This document shows, piece by piece, positions 48,778-57,893 of a stretch of DNA of 64,000 bases. The position numbers were made by a program, and so were the translations under genes. Below the pieces are notes generated by a model. It was not told the DNA's origin and searched no databases. It was given only the letters and a program-made list of their open reading frames with translations. How positions within the stretch are numbered: position 1 is the stretch's first letter; each line of letters opens with the position of its first letter. Source of the stretch: a virus; IMG/VR virus record IMGVR_UViG_3300042473_001368. The stretch is one strand, 5' to 3'.

Positions 48778-49278
48778 TTATCTTCCAGAAGAACCAAAAC
48801 CATTAGCACCACGATCGCTTTCTGCAGTCTCGCCTTCTTCTACAAGAACATTATAGTTACGATATACAACAAATTGTGCTATTTTATCACCTTTTTCAAC
48901 AATATATTCTGTATCAGTGTTGTTATACAACTTAATACCAGCATTTCCTCTGTATCCAGGATCAATAATACCTGGATGAGGCGAAACACCATACTTAAAT
49001 CCTAAACCACTACGACCTTCAACTTTTACCCAGAAGTCAGGTGAAATTTCAGCAAATTCAAGGCCAACATCTACAACTGCACTACCTCTAGCAGGAATTG
49101 CTTTATTCTCAACGCTATAAACATCAAACCCTACATCACTAGCATTATTTTTCGTGGGTAGCTTTGCGTCAGGATGCACTTTCTTAAATTTAAGGCGTGT
49201 ATCAATTTTGCGTACTTCAACACTTGAGTTAGTAGATACTGTTTGACCATCAGACGGATAACTATATTCGATTTGCAT
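48778..49278 (-). CDS. dut: Trimeric dUTPase
   Basis: GFDVYS, GRSGLG, GIIDPGYRG, GDKIAQ, RGANGFGSSG. Confidence 0.95.
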   Translation of the reverse strand: MQIEYSYPSDGQTVSTNSSVEVRKIDTRLKFKKVHPDAKLPTKNNASDVGFDVYSVENKAIPARGSAVVDVGLEFAEISPDFWVKVEGRSGLGFKYGVSPHPGIIDPGYRGNAGIKLYNNTDTEYIVEKGDKIAQFVVYRNYNVLVEEGETAESDRGANGFGSSGR

Positions 49279-49284
49279 GTCATG

Positions 49285-49318
49285 ATTATATGACTAAATA
49301 CATAAAAATCAATAAGTA
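49285..49318. promoter_or_regulatory. Overlapping divergent promoters: sigma70-type to dut, late-type to gp16-like gene
   Basis: - strand TTGATT-N16-TATAAT (49312-49285), 6 nt to ATG 49278; + strand AATAAGTA (49311-49318), 5 nt to ATG 49324. Confidence 0.7.
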
Positions 49319-49323
49319 ATTTC

Positions 49324-49776
49324 ATGGAAGATTCACTCGACGAAGCAGTCAACGATATTTTATCACAACTCAAAGATACTACAGCACTTGCGCGTAAAGT
49401 GCCGGTACAAGAACAAGATCTTCAAAAGGAAGACTTAGAGAGATACATTATCAGTACATCTGGTAAGTTAATTAACAAGACGCTCGGAATTATCGACAAT
49501 GTTCAGGATTATATCAGTTCTGCACCTGAAGCAAAAGATGTAACAGCGTTAGCAGAACTACTCAAAGCAGCTTCTTCATCAATTGAATCGTTAAACAAGG
49601 TATATACATCAATTGAACGCAATAAGACTGTAAAAGAGGTTAAGCAAATGGATATTGATTCAAGAGAGAAGATCAATGTTAACGATAACGCTACTTTCCT
49701 ACTGTCTCGTAAAGAAGTAATGCAAGAACTGCTTAAGAAAGCAGAAGAGCCTGAGCCAAAAGTCGTTGATGTTTAA
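49324..49776 (+). CDS. Probable terminase small subunit (gp16-like)
   Basis: 150 aa helical protein; C-terminal NDNATFLLSRKEVMQELLKK resembles the gp16-family NNxxFvgSxxELxxxL pattern; late promoter. Confidence 0.5.
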   Translation: MEDSLDEAVNDILSQLKDTTALARKVPVQEQDLQKEDLERYIISTSGKLINKTLGIIDNVQDYISSAPEAKDVTALAELLKAASSSIESLNKVYTSIERNKTVKEVKQMDIDSREKINVNDNATFLLSRKEVMQELLKKAEEPEPKVVDV

Positions 49777-50732
49777 TCGTTCTTTGTAATCGGTTCTTGC
49801 TTAGGTTTACTAAGGTCACCTAGCTGTCCTTCGACAGTATGAAGATTAAGTATGGTGTTTTTAGCATCGTTCTTGATTTCGAGCTTAAATTCACGTACTT
49901 TATCGCTTTCGAATGTATTACCTATAAGATCTGCACTAATAACAGCTTGTTTTGTATCTCCACCTTGAAAATATTCACTAATACGGTGAATTACATACTG
50001 AGTTGATACATCTGTGTTACGTTCTTTGTCAAATAAGTTAATCTCGCGGTTAAACTCATACAATCTGTATGTTTCATCACCAAGAAACTCTTTAATTTTA
50101 GGAAATATTTCAGCAGATAGTGATTGTGTATTGGTCCACGATGTTGTATCAGCAACAAGGTAAGATCCATGCGGTGTACTATTATTTGCCTGAGCTGATA
50201 CCTCTCTCAGCTGATTATCAAGTACAATAGAGCCTAGAACACAATTCTGGTAGACAGTGTTAGATGCTTTAGTTAGCTCATTATGAGAATCTAGAATAAA
50301 CTTAGGTACCTTTTTAAGTGTAAGTACATTTATATCATATACAGTTGTATCTGCTAGTTCCGATATAGGAGTCTCAACTGTAGATCTATTAAGGTTGCCT
50401 TGAACACCTAGAGTATCAGGAGTATTCTTCCAGTACTTTTTATCTAATGTCAATGCACTAAGAAACCCTTTAAAAGGGCTGTTTCGAAGCTGCGTTAGGT
50501 AGTACGTAATAGTATATTCATCTACCTTCGTACCTATGTCTTCTAGCGAAGTTATAAAAACTTTTAACTGTCTTACACCAGCATGATAGATTTTTTTAAA
50601 ATTTTCCATTAAAGTTTTATCTTCTTCTGAAAAATTTCCTAGAGTGTCGAGATTGCCGATAAGCTCCTCTGACTGTTTCTTAGTTAAAAGAACAGCTCTT
50701 AAACGTTCAACTTTTTTTGATAACTTATACAT
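49773..50732 (-). CDS. Hypothetical protein in the baseplate hub operon
   Basis: Start refined to ATG 50732, overlapping the upstream stop. Confidence 0.6.
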   Translation of the reverse strand: MYKLSKKVERLRAVLLTKKQSEELIGNLDTLGNFSEEDKTLMENFKKIYHAGVRQLKVFITSLEDIGTKVDEYTITYYLTQLRNSPFKGFLSALTLDKKYWKNTPDTLGVQGNLNRSTVETPISELADTTVYDINVLTLKKVPKFILDSHNELTKASNTVYQNCVLGSIVLDNQLREVSAQANNSTPHGSYLVADTTSWTNTQSLSAEIFPKIKEFLGDETYRLYEFNREINLFDKERNTDVSTQYVIHRISEYFQGGDTKQAVISADLIGNTFESDKVREFKLEIKNDAKNTILNLHTVEGQLGDLSKPKQEPITKND

Positions 50733-52074
50733 CTTGATCGTTATTACCAGTTTTATATGATGGCCCTGCAAATGTCTTTACAGCTTTAATTGTGTTCCTA
50801 TATGTAGAGCCTAATTTTATATGTTCAACTCCTGTTACAAACCACCTACCAAGGAGAAGAGGGCTTTTCGCTTCTTTCTTCTGAAGGGATATATCAATAA
50901 ATGTACCTGGTTGTCTAGCTAAGTTTCCGTTAGTTGTAATCATTATTTGATTGTTGCGAAATATAAAATCGTTAATCATATTTGCTTTTACTATATTTAC
51001 ATTATCAACTCGGCTATACGGTAGCCGATATGTCTTAAATTCACCTTCTAGTTTTTCCTTTGTCATAGGAAGATGTCTCACAGGTTCACCGTACATCATT
51101 GGAAACTTCTTCACAAACTTCTCTTCCCATTCAGCTCTTACATCTTTAATACGGAGTTGGTCAATATGATTTTCGCCTAGAATATCATCATAACTCATTA
51201 CATTCGTATTCATAAAAAATTGATTAGAATCATCGACACTATACTTATCGAGTGAGATACTAGTAACATTACTTATATTTCTATCAGATGGAGTATCACG
51301 TGGTGTATCAGGGTTATCTTCACTACCTATTTGTACGTCTTGCTTAGTTAATATTTCGCCTGAATGAAATGCTTCTATTAAGAGCTCACTATTCTTCTCA
51401 AAGAAGTCCTTACTCATTGTTTTGAGAGAATACTTACCGTCTCTTTCTTTCGAGAGGATTCCTTTTACAGGTGTATCACCATCTTTAAAGTAATAATATT
51501 GTAGTAAGTAATATATAACATCGATATACCTATAATTAACAGATGGTACAAATGGATCTGTTAAAGATAAAATAAAGTCACCATCTTCAAATATCTCTTC
51601 ACCAGCATCGTCTTTCTTTATCTCAAACTTAAACTCTTTGAGTATGTCCTTAATAATTTTACCAGCTTTACCGCTATATGCACGACCATATGGGAATTTG
51701 TGCAATAGCATAGATTCATGGTTATCTATGAAGTAAAACACCTTAAGATTTTTAATAGGTGTACCATCATCCACTATGTTCTTTTCACCTATTATAGTAA
51801 ATGTAGAGTTTATCTCAGTATTATTCGCTTCATCACGTAAGAATATGTCAATCTTATCAGAACCATCTCCTCTGAAAATAAACTTACTATCTATAAAATT
51901 AGATGGGTTTGCGATAGTGATAGCGCCATCTGGAAATGGGTCAAACAGACTCTCATCGTATAACAAGTTCTGTACCGCAGAGTCTTTAAATGAAAACTCT
52001 TGACCCGTACCGTTATAGATCTTGTATTTGTATTGGTACGATGAACCATTTAATTTAGTTAAAGTGTTTTCCAT
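50725..52074 (-). CDS. Baseplate hub-like protein (gp27-like)
   Basis: 449 aa; C-terminal GNLARQPG.FIDI...GRWFVTGVEH typical of hub/late-control proteins; next to gp53. Confidence 0.55.
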   Translation of the reverse strand: MENTLTKLNGSSYQYKYKIYNGTGQEFSFKDSAVQNLLYDESLFDPFPDGAITIANPSNFIDSKFIFRGDGSDKIDIFLRDEANNTEINSTFTIIGEKNIVDDGTPIKNLKVFYFIDNHESMLLHKFPYGRAYSGKAGKIIKDILKEFKFEIKKDDAGEEIFEDGDFILSLTDPFVPSVNYRYIDVIYYLLQYYYFKDGDTPVKGILSKERDGKYSLKTMSKDFFEKNSELLIEAFHSGEILTKQDVQIGSEDNPDTPRDTPSDRNISNVTSISLDKYSVDDSNQFFMNTNVMSYDDILGENHIDQLRIKDVRAEWEEKFVKKFPMMYGEPVRHLPMTKEKLEGEFKTYRLPYSRVDNVNIVKANMINDFIFRNNQIMITTNGNLARQPGTFIDISLQKKEAKSPLLLGRWFVTGVEHIKLGSTYRNTIKAVKTFAGPSYKTGNNDQDV

Positions 52075-52456
52075 TACCTTGAGTTATTTTAGTTATTTGA
52101 CTTAGTACTAATGATAGATACTCAGGTTTAATATACTCTATTTGGATCCCTCCCGAAACAACGAATCTATTCGTCTCAAGTGTTTTTTTGTTTATTAGAA
52201 ACAAAAGCCACCAAAGCTTCATATCACCATAGATTTTGTAAGATAAGATAGTCAAAGGCATATCTGATTTTACATTGTAAAAACTAACAAGTTCGTCATC
52301 TATAGTATCTGGTATCTCAATCTTCTTAAGAATATTATAAAACAGAAATTCCTTTGTGTTCTTTTCTGTTGTATATAGCTTAAAAATCCTCTCGTAAGCA
52401 GTTATGCTTAGAGAACTTAGGGATTTAATATCGGATTGATAGTTACCTAATTTCAT
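52055..52456 (-). CDS. gp53: Baseplate wedge LysM-like subunit
   Basis: YNVKSDMPLTILSYKIYGDMKLWWLLFLIN. Confidence 0.75.
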   Translation of the reverse strand: MKLGNYQSDIKSLSSLSITAYERIFKLYTTEKNTKEFLFYNILKKIEIPDTIDDELVSFYNVKSDMPLTILSYKIYGDMKLWWLLFLINKKTLETNRFVVSGGIQIEYIKPEYLSLVLSQITKITQGNGKHFN

Positions 52457-52477
52457 AATATTATTTTTATTCTACCC

Positions 52478-53263
52478 TTAATTATTAGAATATTTACTTT
52501 CTAGTTCTCTTGGTTCTGTGTATAGAGATGTGAAAGTGATTGTTACTCTATAACCTTCAGGTATCAGTTTGCCACCTAGGTATTTTCTCTGCCCTACAAG
52601 CTTGACATCAACATTAGCTGATGCCCAGCTAATATATCTGTAACCTGGAACTGTTACTTTCCACAAAGCTGCAGGCTCTACGATAAGACCTGATGACCTA
52701 CTCAGTTTATTTATAGTTATTAATTTTTTAACAAGCTCGTAGTTTTTCTCGTAATCGTTAGAATTAATTGTATTAATTAAAGAGAACTCAATGCCAACTG
52801 ATCCTTCTCCTAACTCTGCGTAGTTAAAGAATTTTGGTGGTTCGTATAGTGATCCAGGCGAAGTAATGTTTGCTTGAAACTGTCCTACTGCTGTTTGAAC
52901 ATTAGCAGCTAGTTGACTTACAACACCTACAGCTCCTAATGAAGCAAGTCCCTGCGTTCCGTTAGTAGATCCAACATAGTTGTCCGCCCACGATGTACTA
53001 ATTTGTCTAACGTCGTCACCAAAATAAGGAAAAATCCAACCATCTGATGTAGCATTACCTGCGTCCATGGGATGAAGGTTATCATAGTAACTAACACCAT
53101 CTGAAGATGTGATAGCGTTACCCCATGTCGATATTTGATTAAGTATATCACTCTTCAGAATCAAGTATGATGTAGCGAATATACGCGGCACCTCGTCTAA
53201 CAACGGGCCGGTTGCTGTTGTCCATTTATACTGGTTATTAGCAGCTATATTGTAGATACTCAC
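52478..53263 (-). CDS. Baseplate tail-tube cap-like protein (gp48-like)
   Basis: Position between tape measure and gp53; FSLINT and P.LWKVTVPG tube-fold pattern. Confidence 0.45.
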   Translation of the reverse strand: MSIYNIAANNQYKWTTATGPLLDEVPRIFATSYLILKSDILNQISTWGNAITSSDGVSYYDNLHPMDAGNATSDGWIFPYFGDDVRQISTSWADNYVGSTNGTQGLASLGAVGVVSQLAANVQTAVGQFQANITSPGSLYEPPKFFNYAELGEGSVGIEFSLINTINSNDYEKNYELVKKLITINKLSRSSGLIVEPAALWKVTVPGYRYISWASANVDVKLVGQRKYLGGKLIPEGYRVTITFTSLYTEPRELESKYSNN

Positions 53264-53271
53264 AATAATAT

Positions 53272-55107
53272 TTAGACAGGAGATAGGGTATAAGGTGATG
53301 AACCATACATACTTCTACTTGTTTCAGTTCCAGTATCAAACTTATTACTTGATGATACATTAGTCGAACCTCCAGATGTATTATTAATTACAGTTGGCTT
53401 AGCCTTTTCTACAATGCCCAATTGCATTTTTGACGTTTTAAGCAACTCAGATAGTATCTGAGTCTGTTGAACTATAAGATTGTTCTGACTTGTTAGGTCA
53501 ATCGATGCATTCTGTGATTGTTCTTTTGCACCGCTTGTAGCTATTTTTTCTGCTTCCTTTGCTTTCAAACCCGCCTCTTTTGTAACAATGTCGCCTGCTG
53601 CTCTCGCTATACCTAATGCTTTTGGCTGTTCAGGTACAAAAGCTGGTGGTGGGGTTGTAAGCTGAGGGTCAGTAATAGTAGGTGTTGAAGGCTGAGGAGC
53701 TTGCTCTTTATTATCTGTTTTAGCGCCCTCTTTTTGAGTTTCACGTCTGACAAAATCCTTAGAGCTCATTTGCATATTACCCTCTAATGAAGTGAATGTA
53801 TCTGCTTGCTTATCATATCTCCACTTCTTACCAGTTTTATCGTTATAAAACTTCATTTTTGAAGGACCAGAATCAGCAGAGTTCCATAACTTGAGTTTTT
53901 CTTCTAGTGTATCTATTTTACCAGTCTTATCAGTATCATACTTCGCAGTCTTCTCTTGAGATTTCTCTTCAGCTACCTTTAAATTAGCTTCTGATTTAGC
54001 AGCAGCTCTTGACGACTCGATAAGATCATAAGTTGCAAGACCAATAGCTGAGCTGGTCTCAAGCGGAGATAGAACTGCTTTTCCTAAAGTGCCGAAAAAA
54101 TCTTTTTGGTAATCAAGTGATTCAGCTGTTGCTCTTAAATTCTCTCTACCTGCTTCTGTTGATAGTTTTGTTACTGCGGTAACTCCATCGATAGCTAGTG
54201 CTAATGGAGCCACAACCTTTCCTGCCACTTTACCGACAGTTCCGACTGCAGAGCCTACCTTACCTAACGCAGGCGCTATAGATCCAACAGCCGTACCTAT
54301 AGTACCTAAAGCAGCTGTAGCTTTTCCTGCGCCACCTACGCCTTTTGTAGCAGTTGATACCTTAGAACCTACATCTAGAACCTTACTTCCTATTGAACCA
54401 GCTTTTGTAGCAACTTTTGGAATTACTGTAGGTACCTTTGGTACAGTAGGTACAGATACCTTTGGCACTTTCGGCACTGCTACTTTAGGTACAGATACTT
54501 TAGGTACTTTTGGTACAGATACCTTTGGTGCTCTTGAAAATATCTTAGGCAAACGTATTTTACTTAGTTTTCTTCTTGCTAAGCGTGGAAGCGATCTTGG
54601 TGCTCTTCTTAGACGTCTTACTCCTCGCTTTGCTTTCTTAACCCCATCCTTCGCAGAATCAAAAGTATCTTTTAAAGAATCAAAAGTATCTTTAATACCC
54701 ATAATACTGTCAAGTAATCCACCTCCATCTTCAGAATCACTATCTTTTTTACCCTTAACTCTAGTACCTGAAAACGATTGTTTTCCAGGCATACCAAATT
54801 CTGATTGACGTATTAACGCCTTCTCCTTTTTATCAACTTTCTTTGTTAGATTGAAATTATACTGAGCTTTTGCTAAGATAGTACCTATTTCATAAACCCT
54901 TGATCGTTCATTACTGCTTAACCGTGGATTGACAGATCTCTCACCTATCCCAAGGGTAGAACCTGGTCCAGGTATAACATTTTTTTCTGCTAACTGTTTT
55001 GAGCTACTATCCTGAGGTTGAGTACTATCACTTAATCCTTCTAACCGTGTAGTAAAGAATTGAACGATTTCAGCTAGTGTTTTGACATTAGATGTGTCTT
55101 TATTCAC
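53272..55107 (-). CDS. Tape measure-like protein (gp29-like)
   Basis: 611 aa; G/A-rich hydrophobic segment (VGKVAGKVVAPLALAIDG), C-terminal PTVINNTSGG; position downstream of gp26-like genes. Confidence 0.6.
   Translation of the reverse strand: MNKDTSNVKTLAEIVQFFTTRLEGLSDSTQPQDSSSKQLAEKNVIPGPGSTLGIGERSVNPRLSSNERSRVYEIGTILAKAQYNFNLTKKVDKKEKALIRQSEFGMPGKQSFSGTRVKGKKDSDSEDGGGLLDSIMGIKDTFDSLKDTFDSAKDGVKKAKRGVRRLRRAPRSLPRLARRKLSKIRLPKIFSRAPKVSVPKVPKVSVPKVAVPKVPKVSVPTVPKVPTVIPKVATKAGSIGSKVLDVGSKVSTATKGVGGAGKATAALGTIGTAVGSIAPALGKVGSAVGTVGKVAGKVVAPLALAIDGVTAVTKLSTEAGRENLRATAESLDYQKDFFGTLGKAVLSPLETSSAIGLATYDLIESSRAAAKSEANLKVAEEKSQEKTAKYDTDKTGKIDTLEEKLKLWNSADSGPSKMKFYNDKTGKKWRYDKQADTFTSLEGNMQMSSKDFVRRETQKEGAKTDNKEQAPQPSTPTITDPQLTTPPPAFVPEQPKALGIARAAGDIVTKEAGLKAKEAEKIATSGAKEQSQNASIDLTSQNNLIVQQTQILSELLKTSKMQLGIVEKAKPTVINNTSGGSTNVSSSNKFDTGTETSRSMYGSSPYTLSPV
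54410..54535 (-). repeat. PKV tandem peptide repeat in tape measure
   Basis: APKVSVPKVPKVSVPKVAVPKVPKVSVPTVPKVPTVIPKV; 9/15-nt GGTAC-containing units. Confidence 0.85.
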
Positions 55108-55118
55108 ATCTTTATTTA

Positions 55119-55814
55119 TTATACGCTAAAGAATTCGCGATCAATAACCAATACACGTTCATCTACAGTTAACAGACTGAGCTCATTTTCTTTAAATTCC
55201 TCAATATAACTTACTACTCCCTTAGTACACATGATAGGTAGCTTATCAAATAGCTCAAGTCTATCAGCTATAGTAAGGTCGCTCAATACTAATACTGTAT
55301 CATCTATAGTTAGTGACTTAATATATTTGAGTACCTCCACTGAATAAATGAGACGAGTGTTATACTCTTCATCTCTTGTTAGATTAGCTTTCAGGTAATC
55401 AAGTAAGACAATTTCATCTTTAAGATATGGCATCTCAATGGAGATTGATAGGTTACCAGTCTTAACATCTTTAATAAGTTCGACACCGTTAGTCCATTTC
55501 GAGTCTGATGTTAGTTCAGATAAGTCAACATCACCAAAGTAATTATCTATAGATATATTACGTAATTTAATTGCGAGGTATGCTCTGTCACATAAGCGAG
55601 CGTCTGAAACTTCTTCAGTAATTATCTCATTAAGAGTCTTTGTGAAACCTATTAACTCATACTCATCTGTAACGCCTTCTGTTAAAAGTTTTTTTTGTTG
55701 GATTATGTTCAGAGGAGTTATATTTACTTCTTTGCCTGATGAAGGAAGTTTGACAGAGGCTGCTGGAGGAGTAAGTGTTGCGACTTTATCAAGAAACGAT
55801 TGGAGATCTACCAT
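55119..55814 (-). CDS. Baseplate hub assembly protein (gp26-like)
   Basis: VKLPSSGKEVNITPLNIIQQKKLL matches the gp26 N-terminal pattern. Confidence 0.65.
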   Translation of the reverse strand: MVDLQSFLDKVATLTPPAASVKLPSSGKEVNITPLNIIQQKKLLTEGVTDEYELIGFTKTLNEIITEEVSDARLCDRAYLAIKLRNISIDNYFGDVDLSELTSDSKWTNGVELIKDVKTGNLSISIEMPYLKDEIVLLDYLKANLTRDEEYNTRLIYSVEVLKYIKSLTIDDTVLVLSDLTIADRLELFDKLPIMCTKGVVSYIEEFKENELSLLTVDERVLVIDREFFSV

Positions 55815-55823
55815 ACAGACTAT

Positions 55824-56591
55824 TTATATTGTTTGAGACGAATGGCTATCTGTACTATAGATTTCATCTACATAATATTCAATATCCGACATTGTAGATT
55901 TATAAAGTATATCAGAACTGATTCGCTTTGAAAGGTACAGTAGTACCTCTCTACAGTAATGTAGATCGTATATACTGTACAGATTTTTTATTAACTCGTA
56001 TGGTTCTGATGTAAGAAAATCAATTGAGATGCGTATATTTCTTTTTGGTGACTCGAATAACACGTATTCCCATTGAATACTCTTGTAGAACTCTCTTACT
56101 AGTTTAAACGTTGATGGAGGCAATTTAGATACTATAGACAGTTGATCAGACTTTGGTAGAGTATCAAAGCAAATAACATTATCTTGTATATCTATAGTCT
56201 TAATTGTTTCTATAAATGTATCATCATTACTATCTCTTATTAATGTCCTTGGAAGTGTGAATGTTATAGAAAGCAATCCATCTGTAATAGTTTTGTCTAC
56301 ACGACTTACGCCGTCAAAGCATTTGAATAAGTTTGACATATTTAAATCGATATACTTATCGTTATCTTTTATACGAACTTTCTCACTAAGCCATAACTGA
56401 CGAGCTTTTAACAATACAAAAAATTTATCTACAATACAGAGAGGTTCTATCTCGAAATGATCAATAAGATACTTAAACAGACTCTCATCATCATTTTCAT
56501 AAGAGAGTCTTGCAATATCTATTACATTGTTAAACAAGAATGGTTTAACAGTAAACGGCTTTTTTGATATAGGTAGATGTATAGTGAACAT
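55824..56591 (-). CDS. Second gp26-like protein, possibly with a gp51-like C-terminus
   Basis: IHLPISKKPFTVKPF N-terminus; D..SIVSKLP; tandem with the previous gene. Confidence 0.5.
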   Translation of the reverse strand: MFTIHLPISKKPFTVKPFLFNNVIDIARLSYENDDESLFKYLIDHFEIEPLCIVDKFFVLLKARQLWLSEKVRIKDNDKYIDLNMSNLFKCFDGVSRVDKTITDGLLSITFTLPRTLIRDSNDDTFIETIKTIDIQDNVICFDTLPKSDQLSIVSKLPPSTFKLVREFYKSIQWEYVLFESPKRNIRISIDFLTSEPYELIKNLYSIYDLHYCREVLLYLSKRISSDILYKSTMSDIEYYVDEIYSTDSHSSQTI

Positions 56592-56593
56592 TA

Positions 56594-57262
56594 TTATGCA
56601 ATATTTCCAGTATCATTAATTATATCACCTGTAAAATAACCTTGTGTTTCGAGAGGGTATTTAACCTTATAGTTTGTATAGCCAAATGTAATGGTCTTAA
56701 CACTGAATTCGTCACCTGTATAGTTTAGTGTTACACCTTCAGCGTTAGTAGGAAACGCACCATAGAATGTATATTCTTTACGCATTTTCATTTTTCTATC
56801 ATACTGCGTGAGTGTTATAGTAGATCTCAATTTACCGCCCAACAAACCATCAATGCCTAGTGCAATAATCCATGGTCTAAAGAGCATTGCCTCTATATCT
56901 GCATTAGTTTCTAGAAAATTAATAGAAACATTTCGCTGTAAGAAATCAACACGTTGTGATACGCCTTGCCCAGGCATAAATGCACCTCTGCTACTATCTA
57001 CACCGATAGATACAGCTTCTATTTGCTCTCCCGGTATAGTAAAATCTTGAGCTACAAATATATTGTTATTATTCGTATCAGTCCAATCTAGAGGAGATTT
57101 GGCTACCCACGCTCCGTAGTCTGCTTTACTTAATGTTGAATTTATATTATCTGCTAACCCTTGAGGTTCATCGACAGTTACAGTCCATAAAAACGGTAAT
57201 GGTATTGAAAATTTATCAAATGTAGAAAATACCGTTAAAAACGATGGAACTATGTTACTCAT
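56594..57262 (-). CDS. Tail tube-fold protein (gp54/gp19-like)
   Basis: DFTIPGE, SINFLET, ITLTQYD, YTFYGAFPT; adjacent to the tube gene. Confidence 0.65.
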   Translation of the reverse strand: MSNIVPSFLTVFSTFDKFSIPLPFLWTVTVDEPQGLADNINSTLSKADYGAWVAKSPLDWTDTNNNNIFVAQDFTIPGEQIEAVSIGVDSSRGAFMPGQGVSQRVDFLQRNVSINFLETNADIEAMLFRPWIIALGIDGLLGGKLRSTITLTQYDRKMKMRKEYTFYGAFPTNAEGVTLNYTGDEFSVKTITFGYTNYKVKYPLETQGYFTGDIINDTGNIA

Positions 57263-57267
57263 ACAGT

Positions 57268-57275
57268 TATTTATA
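57268..57275 (-). promoter_or_regulatory. T4 late promoter TATAAATA
   Basis: 5 nt upstream of ATG 57262. Confidence 0.85.
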
Positions 57276-57276
57276 C

Positions 57277-57307
57277 AAAAAAAGCGCTACGTAAACCGTA
57301 GCGCTTT
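57277..57307 (-). terminator. Rho-independent terminator after tail tube gene
   Basis: 11-bp stem AAAGCGCTACG/CGTAGCGCTTT, 5-nt loop, 7-T tract on the - strand. Confidence 0.9.
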
Positions 57308-57327
57308 GAATATTAGTGCTTATTAGA

Positions 57328-57867
57328 TTAAGCACTAAAGTCTTGATAGAAGTGGTAGGAGAAAGTAACTGGGAAGTTAAGTATTTCACCTGTACCATCA
57401 GCGATCTCATGTGAAATCTCTCCGATATTTCTTATAGAAGCACCAACGAGGGTAATGGTTGATATTTCTTCTAGATCTTTATTAAGCACAGAAAGAGTGA
57501 TTGTGTCACCTGTCCCTGGCATATAGTAGTCACCTGTTGAAGTATCATTGTTAAATACAGCGCGCGATGCTTGTTCGAAACGCTTTCTCAAGTCAATATT
57601 CTCTTCGTGGTAGAAGTTAATTGAATAGCCTTCAGAATTATCATAAGATGATTTTCCTGGAACGTTAAACTGTTGACCAAAGTAGTTAACAGCTTTATTT
57701 TCAATTGTTCTACCTGGAAGAGCTGCAGATCTTGCATACACAAGATCTGACTCACCGTTAAAAACAGCATTACCTGCAAGATTAATTTGTTTGACTCTAA
57801 ACAAGAAGTCTCTTGCAAATTGTCTTCTTTGTGCTTGCTGGAAGAATGTTTGGATTGTAGTTGCCAT
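57328..57867 (-). CDS. gp19: Tail tube protein
   Basis: SAALPGRTI...NYFGQQFNVPG...YSINFY; directly downstream of the sheath gene. Confidence 0.85.
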   Translation of the reverse strand: MATTIQTFFQQAQRRQFARDFLFRVKQINLAGNAVFNGESDLVYARSAALPGRTIENKAVNYFGQQFNVPGKSSYDNSEGYSINFYHEENIDLRKRFEQASRAVFNNDTSTGDYYMPGTGDTITLSVLNKDLEEISTITLVGASIRNIGEISHEIADGTGEILNFPVTFSYHFYQDFSA

Positions 57868-57893
57868 ATATTATTATTTATGAGTTAGTTAGA

